Part shown: positions 24,960-30,701 of the stretch, in pieces
Layout of the letters: each line of letters opens with the position of its first letter
How positions within the stretch are numbered: position 1 is the first letter of the stretch
Source: Acutalibacteraceae bacterium
GTDB taxonomy: Bacteria > Bacillota > Clostridia > Oscillospirales > Acutalibacteraceae
Reading direction: 5' to 3'
Assembly (NCBI GenBank): GCA_045599905.1
Contig: JAZRWX010000228.1
Coordinates: forward strand, 1 to 30,701
Length of the DNA stretch: 30,701 nucleotides
Notes under the pieces: model-generated
Told to the model about the DNA's origin: nothing
The model's database searches: none
What the model saw: only the letters and a program-made list of their open reading frames with translations
Made by a program: the position numbers and the translations under genes

Positions 24960-26048
24960 GTGAAACAGAATTATCGTGTAGGAATCATCGGCGCGACCGG
25001 CATGGTCGGTCAACGTTTTTCGCTTCTTTTGGCTGACCATCCGTGGTTTACGGTCACGGCGCTGGCTGCCAGCGGACGCAGTGCCGGAAAAACCTATGAA
25101 GAAGCGGTCGGAAACCGTTGGGCAATGAAAGACGCAATGCCCGAAAAGTTGAAAACAATGACCGTTTTCGACGCTGAAAATGATATTGAAAAGATCGTTG
25201 CCGCCGTTGACTTTGTTTTTTGCGCGGTCGCCATGAAAAAGGATGAAATCAAAGCACTGGAAGAGCGCTACGCAAAGTATGAGTGCCCCGTTGTTTCCAA
25301 TAACAGCGCGCACCGCTTTACACCCGACGTTCCGATGGTCGTGCCGGAATTGAACCCGGAACACATTGAAATCATTGAGGCACAGCGCAAGCGTCTTGGC
25401 ACGAAGCGCGGTTTTGTCGCGGTCAAATCCAACTGTTCCCTGCAAAGTTATGTTCCGGCGTTATTCCCGCTGGATCAGGCAGGTTTTGAAGTGGATGAAT
25501 GCCTTGTATGTACCTATCAGGCAATTTCCGGTGCCGGTAAAACGTTTGAAAGAATGCCCGAAATTTTAGATAACGTGATTCCGTATATCGGCGGCGAAGA
25601 AGAAAAAAGCGAGCAGGAGCCGCTAAAAATCTGGGGTAAAGTTGACGGTGATAAAATCGCGCTGTCGAATCGTCCGCATTTTACGGCACAATGCCTGCGT
25701 GTTCCGGTTTCGGACGGACATCTTGCGGCCGTGTTCGTAAAATTCAAAAATAAGCCGACCGAAGAACAGATCTTTGAGGTCTGGAAAAACTTTAAGGGTG
25801 TTCCGCAGGAACTTGCCCTTCCCCACGCGCCGAAACAGTTTTTGAATTACTTTACCGAAGATGATATGCCGCAGACTAAACTTGCGCGTGATCTGGAAGG
25901 CGGTATGGCAATCTCGATCGGAAGACTGCGTCCCGACACGCAGTACGATTATAAATTCGTCTGTGTTTCTCACAATACACTGCGCGGTGCCGCCGGCGGT
26001 GCCGTACTGTTAGCGGAATTGCTTTGTGCCAAAGGTTATATGGACTAA
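24960..26048 (+). CDS. asd: Aspartate-semialdehyde dehydrogenase
   Basis: GTG start. GIIGATGMVGQRF, SNNSAHR, KSNCS (catalytic Cys), QAISGAG, HNTLRGAAG. Confidence 0.94.
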   Translation: MKQNYRVGIIGATGMVGQRFSLLLADHPWFTVTALAASGRSAGKTYEEAVGNRWAMKDAMPEKLKTMTVFDAENDIEKIVAAVDFVFCAVAMKKDEIKALEERYAKYECPVVSNNSAHRFTPDVPMVVPELNPEHIEIIEAQRKRLGTKRGFVAVKSNCSLQSYVPALFPLDQAGFEVDECLVCTYQAISGAGKTFERMPEILDNVIPYIGGEEEKSEQEPLKIWGKVDGDKIALSNRPHFTAQCLRVPVSDGHLAAVFVKFKNKPTEEQIFEVWKNFKGVPQELALPHAPKQFLNYFTEDDMPQTKLARDLEGGMAISIGRLRPDTQYDYKFVCVSHNTLRGAAGGAVLLAELLCAKGYMD

Positions 26049-26070
26049 TTTTCAGAAAGAGGGTCTTTTC

Positions 26071-26958
26071 GTGAAAAAGGTTATATTTACAGGTGCCGCC
26101 ACCGCTTTGATCACACCGATGAACGAAGATATGACGGTAAACTATGATCGTCTTCACCGACTGATCAACGAACAAATCGACGGCGGTATCGATGCGTTGG
26201 TCATCTGCGGAACGACCGGTGAAAAATCCACCCTGCGTTATGATGAACACGTTAAAGTTATCGAAGATGCCGTTAAAACCGCGGCCGGTCGTGTCCCAAT
26301 CATTGCCGGTACCGGCAGTAATGATACGGTCTATTCCGTTGAACTGTGTAATGATGCTTCCCGCGCCGGTGCGGATGCTTTTTTAATGGTTACACCCTAC
26401 TACAATAAAACATCACAATCCGGTTTGATCGCCCACTATAATTACATTGCCGACCGTGTCGATAAACCGATCATTCTTTACAACGTTCCCTCACGCACAG
26501 GGGTACATATTAAACCCGAAACCTACAAGGAACTGGCGAAACATCCGAACATCGTCGCTACCAAAGAAGCCAGCGGCGACCTTTCGTTGATCGCCGAGAT
26601 CCGTCATTTGTGCGGCGATGAACTTACCGTATATTCCGGAAATGATGATCAGACCGTTCCGATCATGTCGCTGGGCGGTAAAGGTGTCATTTCGGTTTTA
26701 TCCAATTATCTGCCCGGTGTAGTACACGAAATGTGTGTTTCCTATCTGGAAGGCAACGTACAGCACGCACAGGATCTGCAATTAAAATACCTCGGTCTGA
26801 TGAATGCGATGTTCTGTGACGTGAACCCGATCCCGGTCAAAGAAACGATGAATATTTTAGGTCTCGACGTCGGCCCCTGCCGCCTGCCGTTGGTTCCGAT
26901 GAGCGAAGCCAACCGCGAACTTGTTATCCGCGAATTGAAGGCCTGCGGTTGTTTATAA
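26071..26958 (+). CDS. dapA: 4-hydroxy-tetrahydrodipicolinate synthase
   Basis: GTG at 26071 after AGAGGG. GTTGE, TPYYNK, YNVPSRT, KEAS (Schiff-base Lys), NPIPVK. Confidence 0.95.
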   Translation: MKKVIFTGAATALITPMNEDMTVNYDRLHRLINEQIDGGIDALVICGTTGEKSTLRYDEHVKVIEDAVKTAAGRVPIIAGTGSNDTVYSVELCNDASRAGADAFLMVTPYYNKTSQSGLIAHYNYIADRVDKPIILYNVPSRTGVHIKPETYKELAKHPNIVATKEASGDLSLIAEIRHLCGDELTVYSGNDDQTVPIMSLGGKGVISVLSNYLPGVVHEMCVSYLEGNVQHAQDLQLKYLGLMNAMFCDVNPIPVKETMNILGLDVGPCRLPLVPMSEANRELVIRELKACGCL

Positions 26959-26983
26959 GAATTTGAAAACGGATGTGAAAAAT

Positions 26984-27739
26984 ATGATTGAAATTCTGCT
27001 GGTTGGCTGCTGCGGAAAAATGGGACGTGTCATCAGCAACCTTGTATCTGATGATCCGGATATTTCCATTCTGTGCGGCGTTGATCTTTACCCGAAAGAA
27101 AGTGATTTCCCGGTTTATAAATCGTTTTCCGAAGTGCGGGAAAAACCGGACGTTATTGTTGATTTTTCAAATCCGGCAATACTCGGTAATATGATCGAAT
27201 ATGCCGAAAGCCGCAATATTCCGATCGTTATCGCAACGACAGGATACTCGGCCGAGCAGGTCGCGCAGATCAAAGAGGCCGCAAAGGTCATCCCGATCTT
27301 CTTTACGTTTAATATGTCGCTTGGTGTCAATCTGCTGTGCTCGCTGGCGAAAAAGGCCGCGTCGGTACTGGGTGACCGTTTTGACATTGAAATCATTGAA
27401 AAACATCATAATCAGAAAATCGACGCGCCGTCCGGTACGGCACTGATGCTTGCAAATGCCCTGAATTCGGTTTTTGACGATCAGATGGAATACGAATATG
27501 ACCGACATTCAAAACGCGCCAAACGCCCGAAAAACGAGATCGGTATCCATTCCGTGCGCGGCGGTACGATCGTCGGCGAACATGAAATCATTTTTGCCGG
27601 TCACGATGAAGTGCTTACCCTTTCCCATTCGGCCGGCTCAAAAGAAATTTTCGCCGCCGGTGCGCTGAAAGCCGCAAAATTCATACAGAAAAAAAATCCC
27701 GGATTATATGACATGAACCAGGTAGTTAGTGTCGATTAA
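26984..27739 (+). CDS. dapB: 4-hydroxy-tetrahydrodipicolinate reductase
   Basis: GCCGKMG, DFSNP, NMSLGVN, EKHHNQKIDAPSGTA, GHDE. ATG at 26984. Confidence 0.95.
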   Translation: MIEILLVGCCGKMGRVISNLVSDDPDISILCGVDLYPKESDFPVYKSFSEVREKPDVIVDFSNPAILGNMIEYAESRNIPIVIATTGYSAEQVAQIKEAAKVIPIFFTFNMSLGVNLLCSLAKKAASVLGDRFDIEIIEKHHNQKIDAPSGTALMLANALNSVFDDQMEYEYDRHSKRAKRPKNEIGIHSVRGGTIVGEHEIIFAGHDEVLTLSHSAGSKEIFAAGALKAAKFIQKKNPGLYDMNQVVSVD

Positions 27740-27765
27740 TGCTTTTAATAATTTAATATTGATAT

Positions 27766-27813
27766 AAAAAATGATCGAAGAAAGAAATCAATTCTTTTTT
27801 CGGTCATTTTTTT
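27766..27813. terminator. Bidirectional terminator between dapB and deoD
   Basis: AAAAAATGATCGAAGAAAGAA-ATCAA-TTCTTTTTTCGGTCATTTTTT, a stem with two G-U pairs on the + strand. Confidence 0.75.
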
Positions 27814-27827
27814 AACAACATAATAAT

Positions 27828-28544
27828 TTACTTTGTTGAAATTTCTAATGCAAGTTTGATCATTTCATTAAATGAATTCTGCCGTTCATCCGCCGTGGTA
27901 CATTCGCCGGTGATAAGGTGATCGGATACAGTGCAGATCGCCAACGCCTGTTTTTTGGCACGGGCGGCGGTCATATACAATGCCGCGGCTTCCATTTCAA
28001 CGGCTAAAACACCCATCTTACCCCAAACGTCGGCTGTTTTGAAAGAATCGTTATAAAAGACATCGGAAGACAGCAGGTTTCCGACATGATAGCTGATCTT
28101 TTGTTCATCGGCGATTTGTGTGCCGGTTTTGAGCAGTTCGTAACTGCAAATCGGTGAAAAAGTGCCGTTTAGATCATATTGCCGGGCAAAGTTCGAATCG
28201 GTACAGGCACCCAAACCGAAAATTATATCCCGAACGTTGACCTGCGGTTGAATTCCACCGGCAGACCCTGCGCGGATAATGCGTTCAACACCGAAAAATT
28301 GATACAATTCATAAGCATAGATACCGATTGACGGCATCCCCATACCGCTTGCCATGACCGAAACTGGTTTTCCTTTGTACAAGCCGGTATAACCCTGAAC
28401 GCCACGCACGTTATTCACTAATTTTGCATTGGTCAGAAAAGTTTCGGCAATATATTTTGACCGCAGCGGATCGCCGGGCATAATAACGGTTTTTGCGAAA
28501 TCATCCGGTGTGGCATTGATATGCGGTGTCGGAAAATTTGCCAT
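27828..28544 (-). CDS. deoD: Purine-nucleoside phosphorylase, DeoD type
   Basis: PTPHI, PGDPLRSKYIA, GMGMPSIGIY, LAVEMEAAALY, TVSDH. GGAGG RBS. Confidence 0.95.
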   Translation of the reverse strand: MANFPTPHINATPDDFAKTVIMPGDPLRSKYIAETFLTNAKLVNNVRGVQGYTGLYKGKPVSVMASGMGMPSIGIYAYELYQFFGVERIIRAGSAGGIQPQVNVRDIIFGLGACTDSNFARQYDLNGTFSPICSYELLKTGTQIADEQKISYHVGNLLSSDVFYNDSFKTADVWGKMGVLAVEMEAAALYMTAARAKKQALAICTVSDHLITGECTTADERQNSFNEMIKLALEISTK

Positions 28545-28556
28545 AGGTATTCCTCC

Positions 28557-30701
28557 CTACTCGTTTAAGGTAGCGATCGTTACGCCGTTTTCGCCTTCGC
28601 CGAAAGTGCCGACGCGGAACGATTTTACTGATTTGTGACTGCGCAAATGAGATTGTACCGCTTTTCGCAGGATTCCCGTTCCCTTTCCGTGAATGATGCG
28701 TACTGTTTCCAGCCCGGAAAGGACCGCGTTGTCAATGTATTTATCTAATTCCATTAAAGCTTCGTCGCTTGCCATGCCGCGGATATCCAACTCATCGGAT
28801 ACGATGCGCATGGCTTTTGAAGCAATATCTTTGGCGCGTCTGTTTTTTTTGATTTCGGTAGACTCACGGCCTTTTTTGACGCGCAGGTCATCTTTGTTGA
28901 CCCACATTTTCATCGAGCCGGAAACAACGTAACAGCGATTCCGTTTTTCATCACTTTCCAGAACGGTCGCATCACGCCCGATCGAATGGATCACAACGAT
29001 ATCACCGGCGGCAGGAAGTGCGGAAAGCATTTCACCGCCGGGTGCTGTTTCGGTGATGGGATCGGCGTCATTTTCCATTTCACGCCACGCTTTTTTATAA
29101 TCCGCACGGGCACGCTCGGCAAGCGAGGCGGCGTTTTGCGGATTCATTTTTTTCTTTACGTCTTCCAGTTCATTCAAAAGCCGTGATGACTGCACACGCG
29201 CATTTTCAAGGATCTGCGCGGCTTTTTCACGCGTTTGCGTCATCAGCTTTTCCTGTTTCAGACGGAATTCATGTTCCAACTGATCGGATTTCTTTTTGGC
29301 TTCATTCAGTTCAGAACGCAATTTCAACGCTTTTTCACGTTCTTTTTCGGCCGCCTGACGTGCGTTTTCCAGACTTTCAAGGATCCGTTCAAATCGCAGA
29401 TCATCATCCGACACCTGCTCGCCTGCGCGGTCAATAATAGATTCATCCAAACCGAGGCGGCGTGAAATAGCAAAAGCATTGGATCGACCGGGTACTCCGA
29501 TGACCAGTCGATAGGTCGGCCGCAGGGTCGCGATATCAAATTCACAGCCGGCGTTTTCAACACGTTCTGTGTCCAGTGCATAGGATTTCAATTCGGCATA
29601 ATGGGTCGTAGCAACCGTTTTAACGCCACGACTTTTCAGTTCCATTAAAATTGCCTTTGCGAGTGCCGCCCCTTCGATTGGATCAGTGCCGGCGCAAAGT
29701 TCATCAAACAACGCCAGCGAGCGATCGTTGCAGGTTTCGAGAATATCAATAATGTTTACCATGTGGGACGAAAAGGTGGAAAGCGACTGTTCGATGCTCT
29801 GCTCATCCCCGATATCGGCGAAAATATGTTGAAATACGGAAATTTCACTGCTTTCATCCGCCGGGATCATCAAACCGCACATTGCCATCAGCGTCAGCAG
29901 ACCGATCGTTTTCAGCGTAACAGTTTTACCGCCGGTATTCGGACCGGTGATGATCAAAGAGTCATAATCGCCGCCCAAAGAAACCGTGATCGGAACGACG
30001 CTTTTTTTCGGGATCAGCGGATGCCGGGCGCGTTTCAGAAAAACATAGCCGTTCTCGTTCAGTTTCGGAACGACCGCCGCCATTTTATATGCCAGATTTG
30101 CTTTGGCAAAAATCAAATTCAGTTCAACAAGGGCATTGTAGGAATATTTAATACTGTCTGAAAAATCGGCGGCTTCTGCGGAAAGTTCGGTCAGAATGCG
30201 TGTGATTTCTTCCTGCTCTTTGATTTTCAGCACACGAATTTCATTGTTGGTTTCCACCACCGACATCGGCTCGATAAACAAGGTTGAGCCGGATGAAGAA
30301 GTGTCGTGAACGATACCGCGGATTTCATTTTTATATTCGGATTTGACCGGAACGACAAAACGTCCGTCACGCTGGGTGATCAGGGCTTCCTGCAAATATT
30401 TCGCGGTACTGCTTCGGATAATTTTATCGAGTATATCACGGATTTTTGCGGATTTTCCGGCTATATTGCGCCGCAGCTGCGCTAAAAGCGGTGATGCCTG
30501 ATCGCTGATTTCTTCTTCGGATTTGATGCAAAGATTGATTTTATCTTCCAGATACTTATTCGAATTCAAGGCATGAAACAAATGCTCAAATGAAACTTCA
30601 CCGGACGAACAGTCCCCGCGCCAGTTTTTGACCGAGCGGATGATTCGCAGTACCTCGGCAATATCAAGCAATTCACGGATAGAAAGCGCGGCACCGACCT
30701 G
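28557..30701 (-). CDS. mutS2: MutS2 (5'-truncated by the window edge)
   Basis: The frame is open from 30701. HDTSSSG, Walker A TGPNTGGKT, DIGDEQSIEQSLSTFS, coiled coil, KOW-like segment, Smr domain LDIRGM...IIHGKGTG. Confidence 0.95.
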   Translation of the reverse strand, partial: QVGAALSIRELLDIAEVLRIIRSVKNWRGDCSSGEVSFEHLFHALNSNKYLEDKINLCIKSEEEISDQASPLLAQLRRNIAGKSAKIRDILDKIIRSSTAKYLQEALITQRDGRFVVPVKSEYKNEIRGIVHDTSSSGSTLFIEPMSVVETNNEIRVLKIKEQEEITRILTELSAEAADFSDSIKYSYNALVELNLIFAKANLAYKMAAVVPKLNENGYVFLKRARHPLIPKKSVVPITVSLGGDYDSLIITGPNTGGKTVTLKTIGLLTLMAMCGLMIPADESSEISVFQHIFADIGDEQSIEQSLSTFSSHMVNIIDILETCNDRSLALFDELCAGTDPIEGAALAKAILMELKSRGVKTVATTHYAELKSYALDTERVENAGCEFDIATLRPTYRLVIGVPGRSNAFAISRRLGLDESIIDRAGEQVSDDDLRFERILESLENARQAAEKEREKALKLRSELNEAKKKSDQLEHEFRLKQEKLMTQTREKAAQILENARVQSSRLLNELEDVKKKMNPQNAASLAERARADYKKAWREMENDADPITETAPGGEMLSALPAAGDIVVIHSIGRDATVLESDEKRNRCYVVSGSMKMWVNKDDLRVKKGRESTEIKKNRRAKDIASKAMRIVSDELDIRGMASDEALMELDKYIDNAVLSGLETVRIIHGKGTGILRKAVQSHLRSHKSVKSFRVGTFGEGENGVTIATLNE

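Noticed and set aside
62-30161. The many 60-180 aa ORFs in the six-frame track that overlap called genes
   Set aside because: They are antisense or out-of-frame shadows of well-supported genes, with no RBS or domain signal.

Overview
A roughly 45% GC stretch of core chromosome from a spore-forming Firmicute. Gene content suggests Clostridia, possibly Oscillospiraceae-like, but that is inference. Gene order: rluB (5'-truncated), a small hypothetical gene, secG, addB-addA, an XRE regulator divergent from tRNA-Thr(CGT), a cwlD-like amidase, radA, a minus-strand tyrosine recombinase coupled to a P2-type ATPase, a DedA/TVP38 protein, a 630-bp structured non-coding gap, spoIVA, a class A PBP, a BofC-like gene, DUF4364, a TIGR04086-like membrane protein, yajC, tgt, queA, asd-dapA-dapB, deoD and mutS2 (5'-truncated). 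No transposase, prophage, CRISPR array or rRNA was seen. Main observations: (1) the P-type ATPase is full-length but has substitutions in most catalytic and ion-binding motifs. (2) A Xer recombinase with XerS-like features lies about 0.9 kb from a perfect 12-6-12 inverted repeat with an AAAA-N6-TTTT core, where gene orientation flips from mostly + to mostly -. This is a candidate replication terminus with an atypical dif site. (3) The class A PBP has an FtsZ-tail-like peptide (LDIPNFF) in its cytoplasmic N-terminus. (4) A sigmaE-like promoter is embedded in the yajC terminator hairpin, which also hides the next gene's RBS. All family assignments come from motif recognition by eye; no database search was run.
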